Source: Octopus sinensis
Taxonomy: Eukaryota
Reading direction: 5' to 3'
DNA length: 64,000 nt
Assembly: GCF_006345805.1 (NCBI RefSeq)
Contig: NC_043004.1
Coordinates: 93,372,001-93,436,000, forward strand
The translations under genes and the position numbers were made by a program. Numbering within the stretch: the stretch's first letter is position 1; each line of letters begins with the position of its first letter. Below are positions 13,280-25,052 of the stretch, piece after piece. The notes below the pieces were generated by a model that worked only from the letters and a program-made list of their open reading frames with translations, did no database searches and had not been told where the DNA came from.

Positions 13280-13470
13280 AATACACACATATATATAGAT
13301 ATATACGGCGGGATTCTTTCAGTTTCCGTCTACCAAATCCACTCACAAGGTTTCAGTCGGCTCGAAGCAATAGTAGAAGACACTTACCCAAGGTACCACG
13401 CATTGGGACTGAACCTGGAACTATGTCATTTGTAAGCAAGCTTCTTACCACACACCCACGCCTATTCGTA
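13028..13470 (-). mobile_element. SINE family A
   Basis: Reverse complement of the 5415-5823 family, diverged. Confidence 0.8.
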
Positions 13471-13820
13471 GCATAGGGAAATATACAATCAGACGGAGAT
13501 TCAAAGGTGTTGGTGTACAGAGAGGAAGATTAGATATAGTGGTTACTACAGGTCCTGATAAAATGGACACAATATCGATGATGGGAGGAGGAGAGACGAG
13601 TGAGCCGGGGGTTCCAAAGCAAAGATTGTATGAGATCATCCAGTCCCGAGAAATAGTTTAAGCGGGGAAAGGAGACCGTATACGAATGGGCCAGAGCCTG
13701 AAGTGTGCCTATAAGCGATTGAAGTGTGCCTTTTGAGCGGCCTCTATCTGGAGGCAACAGCACCGTCTCGGCAGTGCAGGAAAATAATAATAATAATAAT
13801 AATAATAAGTAATAAAAAAA

Positions 13821-13918
<98 letters not shown>

Positions 13919-13949
13919 AATAATAATAATAATGATAATAATAATAATA

Positions 13950-14343
13950 AAACTGGTGGGAACACAATCACCTCCAGTGCTTGAAAATGACCACATTTCA
14001 CTCCTCTGGAACTTCACAATTCAAAGTGACAGAAAGATAGATGCAAATATGCCAGACATCATATTGAAAGACTTCAGACAAAGAACATGCCTCCTCATTG
14101 ATATGACAGTCCCAATCGATATAAACGTATCTGTCAAGACCTACCAAAAACTGAGCAAATATAAAGATCTTGAAGTAGAAATCAGCAAAATGTGGAACCT
14201 GAAGACTAAAACAATACCTGTTGTCATAGGTACCCTGGGAATGATAGCAAGAGGGGCTACCTAACACCGTAATACATCTCCAGCGTTAGAATCTGTGCAA
14301 AGACAATAAAATAATAATGATGTTGATGATGATGATGATGATG

Positions 14344-14379
<36 letters not shown>

Positions 14380-14700
14380 CTGGTGGGAACACAACCACCT
14401 CCAGTGCTTGAAAATGACCACATCTCACTCCTCTGGAACTTCACAATTTAAACTGACAGAAATATAGATGCAAATAGGCCAGACATCATATTGAAAGACT
14501 TCAGACAAAGAACATGCCTTCTCATTGATATGACAGTCCCAATCGATATAAACGTATCTGTCAAGACCTACCAAAAACTGAGCAAATATAAAGATCTTGA
14601 AGTAGAAATCAGCAAAATGTGGAACCTGAAGACTAAAACAATACCTGTTGTCATAGGTACCCTGGGAATGATAGCAAAAGGGGCTGATTGTTACCTAACA
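13950..14700 (+). pseudogene. Two tandem RLE-domain fragments of a Dong-like LINE (13950-14265, 14378-14700)
   Basis: LLWNFTIQ.DR.IDAN.PDIILKD...LLIDMTVP.D.NVSVK.YQKLSKYKDL; period 428; each preceded by (TAA/TGA)n. Confidence 0.88.
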
Positions 14701-14804
14701 CCGTAATACATCTCCAGCGTTAGAATCTGTGCACAGACAATAAAATAATGATGGTGATGATGGTGATGATGATGATGATGATGATAATGATGATGATGAT
14801 AATA

Positions 14805-14856
<52 letters not shown>

Positions 14857-15258
14857 TCGGTCTATTCACCAAGCTGCTTCTCTTCCTCCTATTATTCCCT
14901 TCAAACCTCACATATTTATGATTATCTCAACTACAGGACAAAAGTCGAAGCTAAACAATATTTAATAATGCCACACAGTAGTAGGAGCAAAGACGGCAGA
15001 TTAAAATAAATAACGGTTATACTGTCACCATGGCTACAAAGGTTAGCCACAACGATACAGACCAATGCTGTAATAAGAAGGATAAAGTAACTGTAACGGT
15101 ATTTATGGTGGAGTCGACAATAGTGGCAGAGACAACAACCGTCTCTACATTTGCCACAATGCAGGGCTCAATACTAATAATTTTAATGTAGTACAAATAT
15201 ATGTCTTATGAAACAAAATGAAAAACCACAACAGTATACCAAATCACTTATCTTATGA

Positions 15259-15622
15259 CTAGCACTATGACCCGGCAACGCCGGGTCATAGTGCTAGTGC
15301 ATGCATATACAGCTGCGTGCGTGCGCACATACACGCGAGTACTGTCCAAATCTCCGACCAATCAATTACAGCTAGCTGGCATTCAATTGGCGTATCAAGT
15401 TCCGGGCATTTTGATTGGGTTTTGGATAGAAAATTCACAAAAAAGTGAATTTTTAATGGCTTTGCGGGGTGACTGGGGAAATGTAAAGATGTGCACGACC
15501 ACCCTTGGACAGTTTTGAATGACCATAGAAAGTGCGAGCCCTCTAACTGAAAAATTGTGGATTTGTATAAAGGACACGCACACACATACAGACAGACATT
15601 TTGCCGTTTATATATAGAAAGA
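15259..15622 (-). mobile_element. Non-autonomous Helitron
   Basis: Minus strand A|TCTTTCTATATATAAA ... terminal hairpin ... CTAG|T; same terminal pattern as 43020-43411. Confidence 0.75.
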
Positions 15623-15639
15623 TTAAGCTGGAAGCGCGT

Positions 15640-17830
15640 CCCCCAGGAGAGCGTCAGCCTGGGGTCGAAAAGTCACCCACTAGCACAAACTCTTCTCTGA
15701 ATACGAACCTGGTTGGTCTCTTGAACGGGAACTGCCTCATCTCGAGCCTTCTAAGTCCACCACAGAAAGAAAAATGTAAGCGGATCAAATGGACCCGAGA
15801 TGAGTATACAAAGAGTAATATGCGCCTATTACTATGCATTAGGCAGGCCATCTGAAGAAAAACACACCGCACACTCTTATCAAATTTGGAGAACACGAAA
15901 TCAAGACATCAGACTATATTAGGACGAAAACAAGAACTAAAACCAGATCTCATTGAATTAAATGAAATTATTTACGCAGCTGCTAAGACAATTGAAACCA
16001 GTTCTATGCCTTTGAAAAAACAAAGAAATACAAATCTGAGAAGAATTCCAAACTGGAAAAGTAAAATTGAGAAAGAGATTGAAACAATGAGAGGTGAAGT
16101 ATCAATATTGAATGAAGTAATCTGTGGAAGCGGTGGAAAACCAGAGAAAGAAGAAAGCTGAAGGGAAAACAGATTTTCATCAAGAGAAGAACTGCTTTTA
16201 GTAAAAGGAACTCTACAACAAATAGTCCAAGCAAAAGCTCAAAGAATACGAAGATTTGAGAAGTGAAACAAATTTTACAAGCAAAATAACCTGTTCACAT
16301 CCAATGCGAAAATATTCCACAGAGAAATAGGGAAGGAGAAAATAACTGTTGAAGACCCTTCACTTATGGTTGAAGCTGAAAACCCCTGGAAAAATATCTG
16401 GAGTGATGAAAAGACTTACAATAAAAATGCAGACTGGATTAGACACACAGCAAAACTTACCAGAACAAGCATAGAAAGACATCACAATAGCAGACCCAAG
16501 GATGACACTCACGGAGGCTCATAAGTGGAAATCTCCTAGTAGTGATAGGGTGCCAAATTTCTGGTTCGCCTCGCTCCTGTGCACACACGAAAAGTTAGTC
16601 CAGTTATTCAATGAAATTATGAGATCCTATGAAAATACCCGATTGGTTAGCTAGAGGTATTACTTACCTACCCCCGAAGAATAATGAAACCAAATTTCCC
16701 CGAAACTATCGGCCTATAGACAACATGGGGCCTCGTTCTTGGATTGTGAAGTCATTTAGAATCTCATCAGTATCCTCACTGTTATTATGGTGCACTGGCA
16801 AATCAACTTGATGATGAACATGAAATTAGTGAGAAGTGTAGCCGTTAGAAGGCATCTTCTTGAATGCCTCTTTCTTCTTGGTATTTGTTATCGCAATTAT
16901 ATCCATCTCAATGACATTTAGAACAGTCAACATGGGTTAAAAACTAGGAAGAAATGCGTCTTCTCTAAATCGTTTATGCTTAATGGATAACTTAAAGATA
17001 TTAGTGAAGTTTGAAAAAGAGATCATTTCAATTATTAATATAATAAAGCTGTGTTGCAATGATATTAGCATTGAGTTTGGTACGTCGCAGTGTGCTATTT
17101 TAGCCACGAAGAAAAAGAAGAAAGCCCATTTGTGTGGAACAAACTTGCTGGAAGAACGGGTTTTTGAACGTGAGCACAATAGATGCAGGTATCTGGGCAT
17201 ACTGGAACACGATGATATTATGTGTAAGGAAAAGAAAAAAAAAGCGAAAAGACTACATTTGAGCAGATTAATGCTTACAGTGAAGAACGAACTAAATTCA
17301 AAGAATCTGAAAATACGATCAACACACAGGCAGTTGTTGCTTGTGCAGAGAATTTGACAAAAGATGAAATACAGGCATTAGACAGAAAAATGAGAATCCA
17401 TAACCATACTTGATGTACTTAACCCTAAGGTAAATATCAGTTGTTGATACATGAAACGGAAGATTGAAGGTAGAGAAATGATTACCATTTTCAATAGTGT
17501 GAATGAAGAATAAAGACCAGTAAAACCATTACCTTGAGGAATAACAACTTAAATATTGACTGTGCTGAAGACAATACCCAAGCAGGATAATTTCGGAAAG
17601 AAAGAAATCGCTAGAAGAAATGCAGTTACATGGATAGTCTCGAGAATGTGAAAAATTATTATTGTGTAAGTGACTATGAAGTGGAGATTTAAAGAGAAAA
17701 ACTGAAACATTGTTGGTGGCTGCTCAAGATCAAGCTCTAAACATTATTTAAGTGAGCAAGGGTATTTATTCCACGGCACTGAAAAAATTGAACATACCTA
17801 TCTGATTCAAGTAACATCAGACAAACTATA
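15640..17830 (+). pseudogene. Second, heavily decayed and internally deleted R4/Dong-like LINE
   Basis: KRIKWTRDEY, ELNEIIYAAAK, KAQRIRRFEK, VPNFWF, WLARGITYLPPK..NYRPI, MDNLK, YLGILE, LVAAQDQAL in colinear order with many stops. Confidence 0.85.
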
Positions 17831-18356
17831 TCCAACTCCAGTACCAACGAATTCAAAACATACGAATGAGGCTTCGTATTCTCCTTCACCCACCCACGTG
17901 TGTTGTCGAGCAACAAATTCCTACAGAAAAAGCTGTAGTTTCTTCTTATAGTAGAAGAAATAGTTAAGTTCTTTGGCTGCTATTTCTAAAAGTTCGGTAT
18001 GTGGCAAAGCAAATTTTTTTGCTGAACCCTAATGATAATTATACTCATCATTATAAAACGTAATGCTTAAGTTTACCGTAAATGGTCCTTTTAACATGCT
18101 GAACACTATTTGGTGGAATTATTAATTACTAATTAATTAATTAACTTTACCCTTTATTATTATTGATAATATAATTCTCTCCCTGATAATAAACTACAGT
18201 TTTTTCTGTAGGAATTTGTTGCTCAACAACACACGTGGGTGGGTGAAGGAGAATACGAAGCCTCATTCGTATGTTTTGAATTCGTTGGTACTGGAGTTGG
18301 ATATAATTTGTCTGATGTTACTTGAATTAGATAGGTATGTTCAACTTTTTCAGTGC
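17776..18356. repeat. Inverted repeat: 166-bp arms (17776-17941, 18191-18356), ~250-bp spacer
   Basis: Manual alignment, about 5 mismatches. Confidence 0.9.
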
Positions 18357-18872
18357 TCTCTAATTTAAAATCTTGAAATCTTTGTGCTGATGAAGAGAAT
18401 GGTAGAATGAAGATGTAACTCTTGCATCTCCATATCTATCTAACCCAGAAACGCGTCCACAAGTAATCAAATGCCGAGTGAATTTTCGTTATTTTTTTCT
18501 CTATGCCTACGTGAATTGTTTTCGAGTATACTTTGTCCGGGAGATTCTTCTTATAGTAGAAGAAATAGCTAAGTTTTTTGTCTGCTATTTCTAAAAGTTT
18601 GGTATGTGGCAAAGCAAATTTTTTGCTGAACCCTAATGATAATTATACTCATAATTATAAAACGTAATATATATATATATATATATATATTTAAATTTAA
18701 AATAATAAGAGGGAAAAATTGAATATATTTTGTATATTTTCATTTGCCTTGCTCGCTTACGTTCTGGCGTTTGCTAAATTTTCTTGAGAACATTCCTATC
18801 TATCTATCTATCTATCTATCTATCTGCCTGTCTGTCTAATTATCTGTCTCAGATAAATACACACACACACCA

Positions 18873-18928
<56 letters not shown>

Positions 18929-19183
18929 TATATATATAAATTTAAATATTTAATAATAAGGGTGGGGAAAATTGAATATATTTTGTATCTTTTCATTTGT
19001 CTTGTTCCCTTACGTTCTGGCGTTTGCTAAATTTTCTTGAGGATATTAATTTCTTAGTGATAAGACCAAAGAGGGTCGACTTCTAGCGTAATGGATGTCC
19101 ACTTAGTGGTCATCCCTCTTTATGTATGTAATATATACACAAACATATATATATCCATATATATATATACATACTTTTTTATT

Positions 19184-19401
19184 GTTCTATATTTAGGAGA
19201 TGAGGAAATATGTATATTATTTACATTATTTACATTTGATGGATATTTGTTCTCATCTTGTTTGTTAACACAACATTTCGGCTGATATACACTCCAGCCT
19301 TCATTGGGTACCTTGGGGAAATTTCGAACCTGGGTTCTCATTCCTAAGATATTTTTCGATGTTATAATTATTATTACTATTGTTGTTGTTGTTGTTGTTG
19401 C

Positions 19402-19449
<48 letters not shown>

Positions 19450-19543
19450 TATCATTATTATTATTATTCATGTCACTGCCTGGAATCGAACTTGAAATCT
19501 TTGGGATAGTAGCCCGCTCTCTTAACCACTATGTCATATGCCC
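19184..19543 (-). mobile_element. SINE with tRNA-like head, microsatellite linker and HHR-bearing tail (family F1)
   Basis: A box TGACATAGTGG (19526-19536), B box AGTTCGATTCC (19482-19492), (AAT)(GAT)(CAA)n, then tail with degenerate HHR at 19267-19312. Confidence 0.7.
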
Positions 19544-19676
19544 TGAGAACCCAGGTTCAAAATTTCCCCAAGACACCTGATGAAGGCTGGAGGGTATATC
19601 AGCCGAAACGTTGTGTTAACAACAAACAAGATGAGGACAAATATCCGTCAAATGTAAATAATGTAAATAATGTATA
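19544..19676 (+). mobile_element. Inverted 5'-truncated copy of the F1 tail abutting the SINE head
   Basis: Starts at the base next to the head's 5' end; about 10 substitutions and one 3-nt indel versus the minus-strand tail. Confidence 0.8.
19572..19617 (+). ncRNA. Minimal type-I hammerhead ribozyme motif with canonical core
   Basis: GACAC-CUGAUGA-A-GGCUG(10 nt)CAGCC-GAAA-CGU-U-GUGUU; stem I GACAC/GUGUU; palindromic stem III; predicted GUU cleavage after 19612. Confidence 0.75.
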
Positions 19677-19680
19677 CGTT

Positions 19681-20096
19681 TTTATTCTTTTATTTGCTTC
19701 ACTCATTTGACTGCGACCATGCTGGAGCACTGGCTTTATGCGAACAAATCGACCCCAAGACTGATTCTTTGTAAACCTAGTACTTATTCTATCGGTTATT
19801 TGTTGAACCGCTGAGTTACGGAGACGTAAACACACAGTTGTCAAGCGATAGTGGGGGGGGGTGAAACACAGACACAAAAGCATACACACACACACATACA
19901 CACACACATATGCACACATATATATTCATATATACGACGGGCTTCTTTCAGTTTCCGCCTACCAAATCCAGTCACAAGGCTTTGGTCGGCCCGAGCTTTA
20001 GTAGAGGACACTTGCCGAAGGTGCCACGCAGTGGGATTGAACCCGGAACCACGTGGTTGATAAGCAAACCACTTACCACACAGCCACTCCTGCGCC

Positions 20097-20097
<1 letters not shown>
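19681..20097 (-). mobile_element. SINE family A
   Basis: Reverse complement of family A; a further + strand 3' half follows at ~20130-20365. Confidence 0.85.
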
Positions 20098-20139
<42 letters not shown>

Positions 20140-20589
20140 GTGTATGTGTCTTTGAGTCTCTGTTTGTGCCCCACCACCGGTTAACAATTGGTTTCGGTGT
20201 GTTTACGTCCCCATAACTTAGCGGTTCGGCAAAAGAAACTGTTAGAATAAATACTACACCTTAAAAAAAAAAAAGGTCCTGGAGTCGATTTGTTTGACTT
20301 GAACCCTTCAAGACGGTCCCTCTGCATGGCCGCAGTGAAATGACTGAAATAAGTAAAAGACAAGAGAGGAAAGATAGAGCTGAAGAGTAACGATTGCAGA
20401 CGGACTAAGGGAGAGAATCGGCTGCATCTTCTTTCTCTACGTACGACCAAAGCCTTGTGAGTGGATTTGGTAGACGGAAACTGAAAGAAGCCCGTCGTAT
20501 ATAAAAATCCGGTAGAGATGACGTTTAACCTATGATCGCTATAGCAGGAATACAGCATCATTGGGTTTAACAATCGACACAATGTAATG

Positions 20590-20660
20590 CCGTGCCAGTG
20601 ATACGAACCACCAACTTGTGGTTGCGTTATCAGCTGCCCTATCCATTTGGCCATCAGTTC
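20590..20660 (-). mobile_element. Isolated tRNA-like SINE head
   Basis: TGGCCAAATGG ... GGTTCGTATC A/B boxes; no intact cloverleaf. Confidence 0.45.
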
Positions 20661-22673
20661 TTCTCGCTCTTGTTACTTCCTTTTATGCTTTTTCTTCCTT
20701 GGTTCCCTTTCTGACTCCCTCCTTATCTCTGTCACTGGACGCTAACATTAATAAAGGATTATCTCATTTGTTAATCAGCAGCCAGCTGGCTCATTAACCA
20801 GTATTTAGCTGTATATTTGTGAGTGAAGGAGGCGGAGAGGAGATAAACCTTGTCGTCATACAAATAATCTTCTTTATGTTTGGCGGTTAATTTTCTATGT
20901 GGAGAATGTATATGGGGTGTATATGGGGTGTATATGAGTGTTATGCTTGTGTAGGAAATGGGATGAGCGTGGTTTGTGTGTGAGGAGGGAGGGAGGGAGG
21001 GAGGGAGGGTTTAGTTTCAACAAGACAGTTAATCCCTCATTATGTCTATTGAGGTAAGCGGGCTGTGTGTGTGTGTGTGTATGGACGTGGATGTTCGTGA
21101 ATATGGATGCAAATTTGTGTGTAGGGATGCAAATGTTTGCCATGTGTGTGTGTGTGTGTGTGCGTGAGTGTGTGTAGGGATACAAACGTTTGCCATGTGT
21201 GTGTATGTGTGTGTGAGTGTGTGCATGTGTGTGTGTGTTTATCTGTGTGCGTGTTTGTGTGTGTTGTGTTTAGTTTGCTATTCTCTGTATTAGCTTCCTT
21301 GTATTACCACGTTGAAGTGGTTTTCGTCTTAATTATACAGTGAAAAGATACGTTGTGAAATAATATTTGTCTCATCATCAGCTGCTTTAATAAACTCCCC
21401 CCCTCTTTTTCTTTCTCTTCCTTTCTTCATTTTCTTCTTTCTCTTCCTTCTCCTTTCCTTCTTTATCTCTCTAATCCCCGGATGTCCATCTTAATTGGAC
21501 GTTTTATCTATGTGTTCAGTTGACCTACATTTTACTTCGCTGTTTTCTTTTCCTTGGTCGTGTTGTTGTTGTTTTGTAATCTTGTTGCAATAGATGCTTT
21601 CGTTCTTTCTTTTGTCACTGTTATTGTTGTTGTTATTGCTACGCTGTCGTTTAGCCCCAAGTCAATTCAAATTAAGCAGACTTACGATCAAAGAACGTCT
21701 CTTCTTTATTATTCAGGTATATCGTGCATTTAAAAAACTGCTATTCAGTATGTCCTCCCACTTTTTAAAAATCAGTAAGGTGCTATTTGAGGAATTCTTG
21801 GCTGCCATCACCAGTAGGTCAAGCAGCCATGCAGTCTGCAAGTTAACATCAGGTGGTAAACACACAGCATGACGACTGGATTTGCGGCAATCTTTAGTCA
21901 GATCCCCGGATCAATTTTATGAAGAAAAAAAAGAGAAATTAAATGTTCAGTAAAATATATATTGCGACCATGTGATCAGGGTCGGAGCCCTACAAGAGCT
22001 GTAATTAATGCCAGTTCTGATTAGAGAATATTTTGATAATTCAACTAATGAAAAGAAGCTTAAAATTCATAGACAAAAAGACGTGAATTTTACCCCCTTC
22101 ACTTTGTCTATACACTCTGAACCAAATGACTTTTATCAAATTTATGAGCGTGTTCGTCTAAATGGATTCTATTGATATAATCGATATGATAAGATTGTAA
22201 TTGATGCTTTTATTATTGTCATAATGGTGAGCTTTTATTGGTGTTATTATTGTAGTTGTTATTGTTGTTACTGTTGTTGATGACATCCTTATTGTTGTTC
22301 ATATGTGTGTTGTTATTGGTGTTGTTACTGGTGTTGTTATTTGTTAACAGTTTTATACATTAAGATATGTTAAATACATGAAATAACGATTTGTGTTGGT
22401 TTTTTACCAGAGTAATATAGTACAGTGTAAAAGGTGATGGTGATAGTAGTAATGGTGGTGTGGGGGTGATAGTGTGGCGATGGAAGCGACACGGTGGTTG
22501 TGGTAATGGTGACGGCAGTGGTGCTGGTGGCGGCGGTGGGTAAGCCTATGATAAAATGCGTTATTTTTTTAAGGCTACTTCATGGACTGTGTCCTTCCCA
22601 TTTTTGTAAGATGTTGGATTTAATTTGAAGGGAATTCGATAGCTATTTCTAGCAGCTGAACGATTATATAGAT

Positions 22674-22963
22674 TAGTGGTTCCCAAAGTGAGCTGTATTG
22701 CCCTCCACCACCACCACCGGGGACAGTGAGAAAATCCAGGGGGCGTTGAAGAAAATGTGGGGAGTGATAATGTGGTAGCCAAAAAGGGGCTATGGATGCA
22801 AAAACTACAAAATAATGTGATAGGTTATGCTTTATTTGTAAAATACCGTTGTTTTGAATTTGTTGCAGTGTGTGGTCTACGTTTGTGGCGGTGAGTGGGG
22901 GACGCTAGGAATATGGCCTAAGTGCCAAGGGGACGACAACCCGAAAAAGTCTGGGAACCATTG
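22674..22963. mobile_element. hAT (Charlie-like) MITE
   Basis: Ends TAGTGGTTCCCAAA / TGGGAACCATTG; 8-bp TSD ATATAGAT/ATATAGAC. Confidence 0.8.
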
Positions 22964-23669
22964 ATATAGACCGTGGGTGGTAAAGAAGATAAAATTCCTC
23001 GCCCGCAGGTAAAAATTTCTCCCACGTCTGATTGTGAAGCTGTTTACGAACTGAGTTGTTTAAAAACTTCCGTTGAAACCAATACCGTTTTAACCTTAAA
23101 ACCCAAAATAGTAACTTAATATAATTTTCTTTCAATACCGTATAAAGGTAATTATAGCATTATGCCACTCTGGTTAATTAATGTATTTATAGAGAATATT
23201 TTAATTAATGAGATTGCGTGCATAAATTTGTTACATTCTTCATTATTTTTCTCAGTACAGATCTATCGCGCAGGTTGTTTGTGCATTTGAAATTCGCCCC
23301 TGGCACTAAAAAAAAAAGGGGGTTCCTCTCACATCACGTAAAGCTCCTTTGGTTCATTGTGATGTTGAGATGTGTACTAGTGAAAAGGTGCAGAACTAAG
23401 GTAATAATGTTATGGATATGTCACGGTATTTTAGGGAAATGAGATGCCTATTATTGTTGTTGTTATTACTGTTGTTGCAGTTACTGCTGTTGCTGTATAA
23501 CCACAAGTCAAACCTGATCTATCAGACCTACCATTAAAGCGTTCCATCCGTGATCGTTGCGTCTTGTATCTCTAGGAGTATGCAAAGAATAATAAATCTA
23601 GCCCATGATAATGTAAAATAACATTTCACAATACTTTTATATACTTTCTGATGTTGTTGTTTGTTCCTT

Positions 23670-23960
23670 CTCGAGCCACGTCTGGTTCATAGGGCCGGTT
23701 TCCTGGTTTCTTTAGTGTATAGGTTCCCCACCTGGACGGGATGCCGGTCCATCGCAGGTGAGCTGCTAGATGCAGGAGGAAAGAGTGAGAGAAAGTTGTG
23801 GCGAAAGAGTCAGCAGAAGATCGCCATTACCTTCTGCCGGAGCCGCGTGGAGCTTAGGTGCTTTGCTCATAAACACATACATCGCCAGGTCTGAGATTCG
23901 AACACGCGATCCCTCGACCGCGAGTTCGCTGCTCTAACCACTAGGCCATGTGCCTCCACA
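23670..23960 (-). mobile_element. tRNA-derived SINE family B, tail variant 2
   Basis: Head GGAGGCACATGGCCTAGTGGTTAGAGCAGCG...GTTCGAATC shared with 36771, 44742 and 62679. Confidence 0.8.
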
Positions 23961-25000
23961 TATACTTTCAGTAAAGCTGGTTAAATCAATGCACCTGTGA
24001 CAATGTATACCGACCATTATAAATAGTATATATGAAATGAGGCTTCGATTTTGACACCAATAAAATAATATACAGAAATAATACACACATAGAAGACAAA
24101 TGGTATAATTATACGAAAAATGGAGTTGAGGTCACATATGAACTCAAAGGAAGTTAATGTCACCTATACTCAATCGGAGTAAATGTTAGTAATAGAAATG
24201 AGTATTGAGTTCTACAAGTTTTTCAATGGTGTGTACACATATATGAAGCATCGGTCTAATAAGAGATTGCTTAGAAAAGTGATGATTATGCAAGTTTGCT
24301 GACGAAGTAGCGCACTAGATGGTTGGTCCAAAAGCCGGTGACGTGGCCATTTCTAATAAAGTCAGTCTTCCAGGTGTTAGACGGTTATTGACAAAAACGA
24401 ACTATATCAATTTGAAGATCTATGTTGGAGATTTTTTTATTTTGAGCGCAAAGAATATAACATGTTGCAGAGTATCTTGTAATGAGTACAAGAGTCTTTT
24501 TATCAGATCCTCGATTCGACCCAAGTTTGCAAGGGAGCAACAGTGTGGAAGCCAGTATGATGGATTGTACGTGCTATTCAAAGGCCCATCTTTATATCTC
24601 AGCGACACGCTGGATGTGTGTGAAAATTATGTTAAGTGTACACTTGTCCGAGAAACGTTCACTGCAGTTACCGTGGAGGAAATTTTCTCTTATAGTAAAA
24701 AGTTGTAAAACACCGTAACTATTTTAGTTAAAGTTATTGCTTTAATAAGGTCTGCCCAGAGTTGCCTCTCTTAAGTGTTTTCCATTGCTGACAGCTAAGG
24801 AGCTAGAAACATCGATGTCTAGAAATCCTGATAGATAGCAACACTGGACAGATATGGTGTTTTTACGCCTTTTTTATCATAAGAGAAAATTGTCTCCAAC
24901 GTTACTGCAGTGAATTTGCCTTTTAGCAGTTGAAATATGTGACAAACATATTTTAACTAACCTAAACGTTACTAACTGATGCCTAAACTGTTCGGCGCTA

Positions 25001-25049
<49 letters not shown>

Positions 25050-25052
<3 letters not shown>

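Noticed and set aside
13480-13785. Unidentified segment next to (TAA)n
   Set aside because: Could be a LINE UTR, but no second copy or motif supports a call.
19470-19543. Functional tRNA genes (also the heads at 20590, 36410, 36771, 43747)
   Set aside because: No complete cloverleaf; each continues into a repeat body or is isolated, so they are SINE heads.
24319-24708. 129-aa ORF MVGPKAGD...
   Set aside because: No recognisable motif or splice context; length is compatible with chance.
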